The notes below the pieces were generated by a model that was not told the origin of the DNA, made no database searches, and worked only from the letters and a program-made list of their open reading frames with translations. Shown here in pieces: positions 52,149-64,000 of a stretch of 64,000 bases of DNA (the first letter of the stretch is position 1; each line of letters opens with the position of its first letter). Position numbers and translations under genes: made by a program. The DNA is taken from contig CM022669.1 of the NCBI GenBank assembly GCA_012295275.1, forward strand, positions 5,642,001 to 5,706,000, given 5' to 3'. The stretch comes from Chrysomallon squamiferum. Its lineage: Eukaryota > Animalia > Mollusca.

Positions 52149-54485
52149 TGTGTTTTTGACAACAGTATTTACAACAGTTCTTTCACTGAGTGTAGTAAAT
52201 TATTTTAAAGATATATGAAAGAGAAATTTTAATTCACATTTTTATTTATCTTTATTTAATTGTGAAGACATGCTGTAGCTTTTCATTTTATAATTGTATT
52301 ATTTATATTAAAAAACTCATCTTAATTTTCATCAATATTAATTTATATATATTTATCATTTTGTCAGATAACACGTCTTTTCTTTCATATATAATTTTGT
52401 TTTTTTTGTTTTAAAGCCAGAAATGGCTAAATGTGTATTTAATACTTAAAGATTTTTGTTGACTTTCACAAAACAATGTATCTTTTATGTTGTGTTTATA
52501 TGCAGATATTAATTTTGTTGGTCATAAGTATTTTTTAAATTTTCTTAAATTAAATGAAGAATGTAAAAATAATGTTTAGAAAAAATATTTTAAAAAGACC
52601 AGAAGGATAAATTTAAAGATAGTATTACAAAACTGAAAAATATCAAATAAAATAATAAATTGGTTTACATTCTGTAAAATATTCTATAATAATGGTGTAC
52701 AAGTTTCAAAACTGATTTCTTGTTTCTTTATTAATCATTATCCTGTTTATTGATTTTAGCGTTTTGTATGTCTGTATTATGACTGTATGTGTATGTTATG
52801 TATAATAATGTGTCTTGGAAGAAAGTGAATAATTTTAAAGATCTCATCTTAAGTATTTTTCAGTTATTATAATGGTCTTTTTAATTATTTTATTTATTTT
52901 ACCTTTTATTACTAATCCTAGAGTTTAACATTAATACCTGTAAATAATTTCAAATAAACACTTAAGATGCCTCTTTCAATAATTTTATTTCAAAACAGTT
53001 GGTTTTGACAAAGAGTAGAAGAAAAAAAGCTAAACAAATAAAGATAAAGATTTTTAACATTTATTTTATTGTGCGTATCATACAAAAATATATATTAAGA
53101 AAATGGGATTTAAAATATCTATCCAGTGACTTCAGGCCTGTGATTAATGAATCCTGCATCATTGCCAAAATTATGAATGGGTTGTACAGAGATTTTAGTT
53201 TTAAATTAAAAATAGCAGTTTTATTAAAACAAATGGCTATGTAGTTGTTAAATGTTATTCTGTAACCAACTGTGATGTTCAATATGTGATTTTTACTTTT
53301 TTAAAAAGAGGAGATTAAAAGAACAAAAATGTATCTTTCTCAAAACTGTGATCTAATTTTTATTGATTAATTTGCCAAAATAAATACAGCATTGTTTGTT
53401 GGTTTTATTGGGGGTTTTTTTGTATGACCATGTTCATGTACAAAATCAGAAGAAGAAAATTTTGTAGGGTTTTTTTTTGTTTTTTTTTTAAATTTGTAAT
53501 GTATTAAAATTAAAATGTGTACTTTGCTGTATGAAAATAATTAAAAGAAATGCTCATTTTAGTGACTTGTTTATTATTATGTTTTATAAATCTTACATCT
53601 GCTAGTTTAAATTTTGCCCCTATCAATGCTTTTCATTCTTTAGAAAAACAATGATTCACTTCTTTGCAACTAGATGATTTATGTTTTTTACAATATTCTA
53701 AACATAGATACATTAAATATTTTCCAGCACCTCTTCTAATCCTGATTGAATTACACTATACTTTCAGTAAAATTATAAAATCTTCTAATAGGGGTGCAGT
53801 AGTTCTTCAACATTTTCATAGAGCTGTACACCATTTAATATTTTATTATTTGCATTTCTTTAATTTACATTTGATATATATTTATTAGTTTGTAGAGGTC
53901 TGCAATGCTTTAGTGATATGGGATAATTTAAATATATAAAGTATAGTTGAATTATTACTATGTGACTTTGATTGGTCTGAACATTTTTTGTAATTTGGCA
54001 AGCCTCTGAAGCCAGTGGTACTGTGTCTTTAACTTAAATACTGAATTAATTCAAGTCATGCAGAAAATATAAAAATGAAGGCTTCTCATAAATAAAACTG
54101 ACCTAATCATCTAGATTTAAACATAAATGCCTATGTTATTAAAACATGCAAATAAATAGTCTATCTTAAGCAGGGTGAGCATAAATTACTGTTGTGTCTT
54201 AACTAACTTCTTACATTGAATGAATACTTTTTCAAGGACAATTAAGTCAAATATGTGATTTTGTATCTCTTACAATAAAACTAAACTAAACATAAAATCT
54301 AAACTGAATATTAAAAGGTATGGCAGATACTACAGTATACACATCTTTAAAACAAAATATATTCCATGATAATTTGCAGAACAATTTTGTATAAAAAATA
54401 AATAAATATAAAGAATTTTAACATGTAAAATTAAGCTTAATAAATAAATAAATTAATAAATAAGGTACCTTGCAAAACAAACAGA

Positions 54486-55562
54486 TCAAAAAACCAGTGA
54501 TTCAATGCATAAGTCATTGTTAGCAAAAAAACTGTCAATATCTTTGAGCATTAGATAGTCTTTCACTGCCTCTGGTAAGACTAACTGTTTGAGTGTGTAG
54601 GCCATGGGATGTGGTGTGGTGTTACGCACAGTCACTTTAGAGAGATGACACAGTGTTGGAGGTTGACAGATCCAACGCTGGCAGCATCTTGCAAGTTTCT
54701 CACAAACTCTTGTCATGTGGAGCATCTCCTCTGCTGACCAATGCCACCCTGCTGCTGTTGCATAGACAACAAGTTTTGTAAACACCAAAACTTTAACTTC
54801 CTTCCTCTGCCAGTGAGATTCAATGTAATAGACAAAGGCACTGATAACATGAGAAAGAAAATGGCCGTTCTGGGACTTGATGAGTTTCGTGCTGAATGAT
54901 GAAACATGTTCGAGAAATGGATCAATGCTGGTGGTCAACATTGGTTGATGCCGATGAAGCTTCTCAAGCAGAAGTTCATGAATCTTGTATGAAGTGGCAT
55001 GATCTACCAGGGTGCGAATCAAGTCATGAATGAAAGTACTGTGTTCGTGTTTAAATGCTGTTCGAATGACGTACATCATGGCATCTTTGCATGCTGGTTC
55101 GGCCCGGTGGTCAAGTAAAAGAGCCACAATTTCCCAACAGATCGAATGCCTGGGCTGCAGACGGTTGTCAAATGCAGTTATCAAGGCAACATCCAGAGCT
55201 GAACAGCTGTGAATATTAACAAAATTTTTATTGCAGAGGCCACAACTTAGGAGAATGTTCACCACCTCTAAGCGGCTGAGTTTGACTGCTAAAATTAAGG
55301 CATTTTCTTGTTTTTCATTCAGAGACAGGTTTGGATCAGTGTTGTGCATTATCTGAAGAAGTTTCTCTGTGTCATTGTTAATGATGGCATTTTCAAGCAG
55401 TTGTGACTGCTCACTGGTGATGTCATCACAGTCAGAGTCACTGTCAGATTCCATGCTGTAAGCACTTGATGTTTTACTGAACTCCATTTGTGAAAATTCT
55501 TTCAGAGTCTTAGGAACACATGTTAACCACTTGTTGCGAACATCAGACTGTTCATTACCCAT
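54486..55562 (-). CDS. Ankyrin-repeat and SOCS-box protein (ASB-like), 358 aa, single coding exon
   Basis: Acceptor TTTTAG just upstream (exon starts 55575), ATG at 55562. Ankyrin-like repeats (LLENAIINNDTEKLLQIM, NALILAVKLSRLEVVNILL, SALDVAL...IVALLLDHRAEP). C-terminal SOCS box PPTLCHLSKVTVR...LKQLVLPEAVKDYL. Confidence 0.85.
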   Translation of the reverse strand: MGNEQSDVRNKWLTCVPKTLKEFSQMEFSKTSSAYSMESDSDSDCDDITSEQSQLLENAIINNDTEKLLQIMHNTDPNLSLNEKQENALILAVKLSRLEVVNILLSCGLCNKNFVNIHSCSALDVALITAFDNRLQPRHSICWEIVALLLDHRAEPACKDAMMYVIRTAFKHEHSTFIHDLIRTLVDHATSYKIHELLLEKLHRHQPMLTTSIDPFLEHVSSFSTKLIKSQNGHFLSHVISAFVYYIESHWQRKEVKVLVFTKLVVYATAAGWHWSAEEMLHMTRVCEKLARCCQRWICQPPTLCHLSKVTVRNTTPHPMAYTLKQLVLPEAVKDYLMLKDIDSFFANNDLCIESLVF

Positions 55563-57967
55563 TGTGCGCCATTGTCTAAAATACAGAATATTTATACATA
55601 TTATTATTATTATTACTCGAACCAGTATAAACATTAATTACATTAGACTTCTTAATAGAAATAACAATAACTAACATTTTGTAGTAATTATAATATTTTG
55701 ACAAAAATAAATTTCAAATATGTATAGCTTAGTATAGCTTAGTATTCCATTATCTTTAAAACTTGGAACACTCCGAGTTAAATAGATTTGCCACTTTACC
55801 CTTCTGTTATGTACCACCTGCCTATATGTTGGTTTACAGAGTTTTATGTGAATGTTTCCAATAACCAGTTTATAAATCCAATCCACAGTCTTGTCTACTT
55901 TCCTCAGGTTGAAGAAAACCAAGAAGTAAAATTAACCAGTTTTTCAAGAATCAAAAGTATGTTCAGAAATTTCAGAAGCAGTTTCTTTGGCACATAAAAC
56001 CATCAGAAATGCTTTGTATATGGGTATCTTGGATGTTACTGGTGAAAGTATTTTTGTACAGAGGTACATACAATTTAGCAACAAGTGGATTTTGTCATGT
56101 TACACATTTTTAAATTTGTTTCTAATTTAAAAAAAAATAAATTAAAAAAATAAATAAATTTAAAACAAAATTATTTTGAACTTTATTTAATTCTAAACAA
56201 ATACATTTCTCCATTCATTCCTCATTTTTGTTAAAATTCCTGTTCATTACTATCTTTGAATGTTGGGTAATTAATGAATTTCATAAAGTTCATTACACTG
56301 ACCATTGCTGGATTCACAGGTCAATGATATGATGAGATATGACTGTATGCACATTTTACACTACTAACAGTAACTGGTGAAACAGATATTAAAAATATTT
56401 TTTTATGCTTCTTTTTCTTTGTCAAAATTAATTGCTACATAATAATTACTTTAATTAATGACAATTAAATTATTTTATCTAACTAATCTTAAATATTTTT
56501 GTCTAGAGAAAATTAATTTATAATATATATTATTATTTATTTAATTATTAATAAGTAGATAGTTACTCCTGATGATTTATATTTGAATATTTATAGATTA
56601 TTTTCTGGTTAGTTGATAAATCTTGGGATGCAGTGTCAAATCTGTATTCCTAAGCAGAAATGATATTTTATTTTTGAATGAATGAACAAATAACAACTCA
56701 ATGTAAATACTAAAATAGGTATTGAAAACAACCAATGCTTCTTTTAACGAATGTCAACTATAAATTAAATTAAAAGAAATATATATAACTGTGATAAAAT
56801 AGTTAGTTTTATTTATATAAAGATGATATATAAATTACAAATAACTAAAATTGTCATATTAAAAAATTTAATTTATACAAAAATAATTTTTCTCATGAAA
56901 CATCTAAGAAATATATATAAAAACACAAGCTAAAATCATGAGAAACACTGTTACAATATATCTATTATCTAGTAACTGAAATAACATTAAACATGTATCA
57001 ATAATTATTGTGACAGAAACTCGTAATTGTCAATATTCATTACACCGAGTCACTGACTAATCTTGTTTATGCATAAAGGAGGTTGCAGTTATAGGTAAGC
57101 GATACGAAAACATTACAGCATTTGCAAGGTATTACAGTTGCATCTAAAAGCAACCATCTTAGTATCGATGATGACAGGATACTATGCTTGCAAAATATAC
57201 TTTTACTATTTAAAACATATTTTACCGATATCGTTCAGAGCAAACGCCAAGTTCCAAGATATTAAAATAGAGTGATCTCCCTTATCTCTAGTAAAATTCT
57301 CACACTATTTTTAGTAGTAGTACGCATTTGACATATACGCAAAACATTGAACATAAAGAACTGACAAAAATTGTAACTAAAATGCATTTATTGTGGCGAT
57401 AATAATATATTTAAGTAATTCTAAAATTATTTTATTTATAAAAAGTAATAACAAAGCCAAAATTCGGATTCCATTAAACATCAAATAGTGGGGGTTTTCT
57501 TTTGCATAAATACATGTAGTTCAAATTCAAGAATTATTAACTATAACATCGCATAAATGTTTTCCACAACGACTGTATTATTTATATATTTACATAGTTA
57601 ATTATTTATTTATTTTATTCTAAAGAGTCTTTATTTCAGAAAGTCAGAGAATCAATAAATACCTTATTACTGAATTTATTATACACAAATAAAAATATTT
57701 CTATTTTCAGACCTTTTAAAATATACTATTACTAGGTAAACAATGTCAGTTATAATATTATATATAAACGTATTCATTATTAATTTTATTTAAATATATA
57801 TATATATTTTTTTAAATGGAATCTCTCTCTTAGTATTTTTTGCCATTTAGATTTTCTTTCTGAACTAGTTTAGTAGTTATAAAATAATCGTTATTGTACA
57901 CAAATGTTTACTGCTTTATATCTAACTGGGAAGAAAAAACAAATAAAAACTCCGAGCAATCTAATAC

Positions 57968-58286
57968 CTGCTCAGCACACAAAAACTATATAAATCATAC
58001 GTCAGTAACAGTGAATGTTAATAGCAGCAGAAGCGCGAATGCACCAGACCGAAAGGTTTTATTACTTTCCCTCCGTCTCTCGTCAGCTTCTGTATATATT
58101 TGCTAGGGATTACGGCTTTTGGAAAGGCCAAATCATTATACGACTGGTGCGGTTTGGGTCACATGACAGACACCTGACGTCATCGTCTGGTGAAGTATGG
58201 CGGACATCCTGTGACAACACGGGACTTTACAGTTCTGTCTTGACAGATGTTAAATTTTCCCGATAACAAGTGAAAAGTGATCAGAA
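57968..58286. promoter_or_regulatory. Putative bidirectional promoter and first non-coding exons of the ASB-like (-) and AKAP13-like (+) genes
   Basis: CpG-rich patch with GTCACATGAC (58158-58167) and a full CRE TGACGTCA (58175-58182). It is bracketed by a minus-strand donor CAG|GTATTA (57968/57967) and a plus-strand donor GAA|GTAAGT (58286/58287). Confidence 0.5.
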
Positions 58287-59106
58287 GTAAGTAGCGCACA
58301 TGTTGCAGAATGATTCATCCTAGAGGCTTCAGTTCACCGTTAGAGTGTGAAGGCGAAATGAATGTTGAAATCGATTCCGTACTAAGTCTACCGGGGTTAG
58401 GGAATTCCAGTGTTTCGAACGGGACAGTCGCACCTGTAGTATTGACCTGTTAATGAATTTATCAGGTATTGCTGTTTATTAGTTGAAAAATAAATTATGC
58501 ACACAATAACTATAACGAATTTGTTTAGCCAGGTAGAGTAAACATCTTTTTTGTAAATGAAAGATAAAATAACTGAAATCACCTCATTCTTATAACGCCT
58601 TCTTTTCGAAATATCTAATTAAAATTCAGTCGTGCAGTTAGACTTAACGAAACAAAAAATGTAGATTAAATAAATCAGGTTAATATATTTTACCAGGTAG
58701 ATGCATTAAACTGTGTTTATATTTGTTGAAATTTTAAAATTTATACGCCATATTCAATTATATTTACAATTTAATATAATCATAATCATAATGGGAATGT
58801 GAATATTGATTCATTTAATGATTTACTGGGATAGGGTCAAGTCGACCCCAAAACATATTATTTCGCCTTCTCATCATAATTTCCACAAAATCCCAAATTG
58901 TGTGGATTTTTACAGTCCCACTTATTATATTAATAGTTTTTTCTTCTTTTCTGTTATTTTGGTCCATTAAAATAAGTTGTACTGCAGCTTACAGTAATTT
59001 TATGAATCATATTAGGATTTTCATAATGTCCAATATAGAACAAACAAAAAACATCACATACAAAAAACAACACCTCAAAAACAAGTGAACAAACAAATAA
59101 ACAAAC

Positions 59107-59149
<43 letters not shown>

Positions 59150-59955
59150 TATTTTATTTGGTGATAACTGTTGTACTGGAAAGGCCAAATGGGTTTAATT
59201 AAGCCTTTGGTATAAACATGCTATTAGTAAAAGTTTCAAAAGTAGTTGATTTACATAACAGTATCATAAACATTTTCCATCATATTTAAATTTCTATGAC
59301 ATACTAATGTTTGGAAAATAAAAATTCTGTTACTTGTATCCTTGATGGATAAAAGAAAAAAATGATACTGCAGCCATTTTTAGACAAGATAAAAATAAAT
59401 TCATTCATTATTATTTTTCTTCCAATTTTAATATTTTCAAAATTCTGTTTAATAACATAAAATGTAACTGTTAAATTAAAAAGTTTTCTTTCTTTCTTCT
59501 TTTTTCAAATTTTTATGGACTGAAAACCAAGCAGCAAAAAAACAACAACAACAAAAACAAATTCCACACTAATCAAATATTTCTTTATATCACAGATATT
59601 AATTTCATTTGATAAAAAAGAAATCCTGCAATTATTGATACAAAAGAAATCATACACTCATCAAAATGCATTAGAAATTCACTGAGGAATGCAAACTCTT
59701 GAAAGAATGAGTTTCCAGTTTTTAACACTTGTTATTATCATTATTGTTGTTGTTGTTATTATTTTTGTTATTATGATGATGATGATGATAATTATAAAAA
59801 ATACATGAACTGAAGAAAATGATATTTTTTGTTACAATTATTTCTTTTTCTTCATTTTAGTTACCATATATATAAATATTATAATATATATAATAGCTAT
59901 ATATTTTTTGATGTCTTTTTTTTTTGCAGGATATCAGAGGGTTAAAATCACACAT

Positions 59956-59999
<44 letters not shown>

Positions 60000-60207
60000 C
60001 CCAACAAAGCAGCAAAACAAAAGAAAAAACATTAAGAATTCCAACAAAACAAAACATATTCAGTTAATAATATATTCTATCAGATTTTAATGCCAGTCAT
60101 TTTCAAGGTAATTTAAAACTATTTACTAAAGTGAGAAAAATTATAAATGTAAACAAAAAACGAACAAAAATTTTTAACATTATTAATTTATTTTTTCTGT
60201 TTTACAG

Positions 60208-60372
60208 TTACAAGACTGAAAACTTGCTAGAGACATCCATCTTAAACAGAGGATATGTAATGACTGAGTGTACATCAGGAAGTGTATTTCCTTCTATGCA
60301 TTGTGTCATGTGTTTCTTTGCTACTTTTGTTATAGTGTGTCGATTCTTATGAACACATCATGGTTGAGACAG
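60208..60372 (+). other. Probable 5'-UTR exon of the AKAP13-like gene
   Basis: TTTTCTGTTTTACAG acceptor, CAG|GTCAGT donor, higher GC than flanks, no long ORF. Confidence 0.4.
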
Positions 60373-60404
60373 GTCAGTCAAATTTATTTATTCAAATTAA
60401 ATTT

Positions 60405-61245
60405 TCAGAATTTTATAATCTACAGTGATATTATATAATGTATTGTGATATTTTATAATCTAGAGATATATTTTATAATCTACAGTGATATTTTGTAATC
60501 TATAGTGATATTTTATAATCTAGAGTGATATATAGTCAGTAGTGACATTATGTAATCTGTGTTATATAATCTACAGTGATATTTTATAATGTAGGGTGAT
60601 ATTTTATCTATACTGACATTATAGCATGGAGAATAATATTTTATAATCTATAGTCATATAATCTATTGTAATATTTTATGATCTAGTATGAAATTTTATA
60701 ATCTATAGATATATTATAATGCAGAGTGATATTTTATAATCTATGACAATATTTTATAATTTAGAGTAATATATAATCTATAATGATCATTTATAATTTA
60801 AAGTGATGTATAATGTGTAGTGATGTTTCACTGGCTAGAGAGATTATAATATAATTTATAGTGATTCTTGAATCATACTTTTTAATCCACAGTAATAGTT
60901 TACAATCTTGAGTGATATTATGTAATCTATGGTGATATGTCATAACTGACACTAATATTATATAATCTATAGTAATATTTAAGATCTAGAGTGATAATAT
61001 ATAACCTTCACTGATACAGTGATATTTTACAATATCTAGTGATATCTGTAGTAATACAGTGTAATCAATATGATATGATCTACAGTGATATCATATGATG
61101 TGTAGTGATGTATAGTGATATGTAATCTATAGTGATATATGATACAGACTGGTGTAATGCATTGTGATATTTTGTAAATACAGATAACCTGTAACAATAT
61201 GTTACAGTCTACAGTAGTATTGTATAATGTATAGTGATATTTTTA
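60405..61245 (+). repeat. 20-bp minisatellite (AGTGATATTTTATAATCTAN), ~40 degenerate copies
   Basis: Clear 20-bp periodicity at 60421-60530, decaying to the right. Confidence 0.9.
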
Positions 61246-62132
61246 TTAGCTAAATACGTGAGGTAACAAAATCTAAATCTTGGCTGTGCGATGATATTAA
61301 GAACTTATGATGAAAATCTAATAATTTAAAAATCATAATACGCAGATAAAAAGTTGAATAAACTGATACAGTTAAATATTGTCATTTCAAAATAATAATG
61401 TTTATTTAGCTATATCATTTTTTCCGAAGACATTTATTTTTATTTTTTCTTATTATTTCTTTATTTTTTATTTTTTTATTTTTATTTATTTCTTTATTTC
61501 TTTATTTATTTTTTCTCAAACATATGAACCCTCACTACCTAAAACTTAAACTAGTTCTTACTCATATTGAAAACATTTCCATGTCATTGATAATAATAAA
61601 TTGTCTGCTGCTCTGTTTTATTTGTAATTTCCTGTGATCTCACCAATGCTAATAATACAGAGTGCACTTTCAATTACGAACTAGGAAGTTAACAATTCAC
61701 ATAATTCAATCAAAGGATTTAAATGATATCTGTCTCCATAGCAACATTACCATCCATTTCATATCAGATTTAATTTAATACTTATGAAGAGTGAATTTAT
61801 AAGCTGTTTAAATGACTGAATATATCTAATTTTAATAGAAACATGTTTTATGTTAATAAGGTTCCTAATTATCATTAGTTAATTATAATCGATATAGATG
61901 TAAGTAAATAAAAATAACAAATGAGAAATATATGTTGAGAAATAATTTTATTTTTATGTTATCACAAACATAATTCCCAGTGACTGTTATGCCATAATGT
62001 TTTCAGTTGATGCCTATGTAAATTTATTTTTGGTGAAATCAACACTTGATTATATTGATTATATTTTTATTTAAAATATTTAATTTATTTAAAGTTTAAT
62101 TTTAATATTTTTAAATTTCAGAAAGTTGTAAT

Positions 62133-62666
62133 ATGGCTCTGTCACCAGCAGAAGCTCCAGTCTATGTAAGTAATGATTTTATCATCACAATGTTACTATT
62201 AGAAAATAGCAGCAAAGTATTTAATGTAAAAACTATATTTTAGCAGTATGATTATTTCCTCAAAAGGGAGGTAACTCACCCTCCAAATAAAAAAAATAAA
62301 AAAGTTTGTTTCAGTTTTATTTTATTTTAATTTTAAATATCATATGTTGTTATTTTTGTGTTTTATCCTACAATGATTTTTCTAAATTTATTATTTTTCT
62401 GTTTTATTTTATTTTGTTATTTTAATTAAAATAATTCCAATTTATTATATTTTAATTCATTTTTAAAATTTAAAAAAAAAGATACAAATACAAATAGATG
62501 TTTTATTTTGTTTTTCAGGGTGGAATTACCATAGTGTTAATGTTTAATGAATACACTGAGTTTGTAGAGGGCAGTGAGATGTTTCTTGTGTTTACTGGAA
62601 CTAATCAACGCCACACTGTTTCAGCTAATAAAGTAAACAAGAACACACTCCATGCCTCTGTTCCTG
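62133..62666 (+). CDS. AKAP13: First two coding exons of an AKAP13/ARHGEF28-like RhoGEF (continues beyond the window)
   Basis: Exons 62133-62165 (MALSPAEAPVY) and 62519-62666 (GGITIVLMFNEYTEFVEGSEMFLVFTGTNQRHTVSANKVNKNTLHASVP-G) with GT-AG boundaries. Recognised by similarity to the N-terminus of vertebrate AKAP13 (MKLNPQQAPLYG...FYLVFLGSTLRH...KVSSDTLETIAPG). Missed by the ORF track. Confidence 0.8.
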
Positions 62667-62929
62667 GTTAGTGAAAATAAATATATTTGTAGTTAAACCT
62701 TTTTCCTCATCATCAAGTCCTATTCTCCTTTCTTAATTATAAATTATGTTTTATCTTTAAGCTTTTTGTGATAAAAAGGAATAAATAATGTTTAAGTCTT
62801 TCTTTCTGTCTATTATGCTCTGTTTTTTCTTTGTTAGTCAATCTTTACTTCTGTCTGTGTGTATGTCTGTTCATCTGTCCATTTGTTATTCAGTTGGTTG
62901 TCCAGTTGGTCTGTTTAATTTTCAGTTTG

Positions 62930-62944
62930 TTAATAATAATAATA

Positions 62945-62996
<52 letters not shown>

Positions 62997-63150
62997 AAAT
63001 TAAAAAAAATAAAATAAAAAAATAAAAAAAAAAAAAAAAAATAAATAAAAAAATAAAATTAAAAAAATAAAATAAAATAAAATAAAATAATATAAAATAA
63101 AATAAAATAAAATAAAATAAAATAAAATAAAATAAAATAAAATAAAAATA
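62930..63150. repeat. Poly-A and (AAAAT)n low-complexity tract
   Basis: Direct inspection. Confidence 0.95.
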
Positions 63151-64000
63151 TAAAATGTTAGTTCCTCTACTAGTATTAGATCCCAATACCATTAAGAACA
63201 AATACACTGATAGACTAATATGTACTCAGTGCAGCCCACTGGACTATTTGGTCACACAAACAAAACCAGTGGTCACTTAATTGTGTGATAAATTCAATAT
63301 GACTGCCCACAGCAGGACTTGATGGCTTTTAGGACAAGTGTTCAGTATTCACAGTCACACCAGTTGTGTACCCAGCCAGACAGAGGTGTTTAGTTGATAA
63401 TCAACAGATAAAGGATGTGACAACATTCACAGTCACTGATAATGAGCAAATGATGTCCAAGAGGAAATCTGCTGTCCAAACATTCAACACTTAATTACAT
63501 TTTTTTTTATCGATGCAGCAGCTTCCCACATTGCTCTTAATATTTTAAATAATATGTATTAAAATGATCATTATTATTGTTGTTGTTGATATATTCTTTT
63601 TTTTCTTTTTAAAATAATAATAAAGAATAAAATAAAATTAAGAAAAAACAACTCCAAAAACAAGAATAGCAAAACCAAGCCAAAAAAACAAAACAAATAA
63701 TAATAATAATAAGAAGAAAAAAAAATAAAGAAATAAAAGAACAACAACCAAAAACAAAGCAAAATGAAAAGATTTTTTTAAATAAGATATTAACATTTTA
63801 GTTAGTGTGGATGTATCATTAAAAAGAGGTAACTGCACTGACTGTTATTACAGCCGAGCAGCAAGGGATGGGTTATATAAATAAATAAAGTCAACTCACC
63901 AGATTTTTGCTATGTGCAATAAATTAATTGGCACCACAATGAGATTTGAACTTGTGTCCTTTATGCATCTAGTAATGCTTCAGAGCTGAAATTACTAAAG

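Overview
AT-rich, microsatellite-rich, intron-containing animal genomic DNA. An invertebrate such as a mollusc is plausible from composition and the GIMAP paralogues, but this is inference. One 200-N scaffold gap lies at 29719-29918. Genes read from the sequence: (i) an intact 10-coding-exon SAM-domain kinesin-13 (KIF24-like, +, 44058-52148, ~1464 aa); (ii) a Na-K-2Cl cotransporter (SLC12A2/NKCC-like, -, 36525-18687) with 18 in-phase exons but no visible last C-terminal exons; (iii) a single-coding-exon ankyrin-repeat/SOCS-box protein with an N-myristoylation motif (-, 55562-54486); (iv) the first coding exons of an AKAP13/ARHGEF28-like RhoGEF (+, from 62133), head-to-head with (iii); (v) two disrupted GIMAP/AIG1 GTPase genes (+, 653-1378 and -, 40302-39334). 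The window is organised by a tandem segmental duplication of an NKCC-GIMAP-KIF24 unit (offset ~33.6 kb). The left copy has a KIF24 broken by two deletions and a GIMAP broken by an inversion. The right copy has the intact KIF24 and a 3'-truncated NKCC. A decayed extra NKCC exon 6-7 segment sits at the junction. The most unusual signal is the GIMAP pair: 22 amino-acid-changing versus 4 silent codon differences in the N-terminal G-domain, yet both carry a +1 frameshift at the same A-run. No prokaryotic features, RNA genes or CRISPR arrays were seen.
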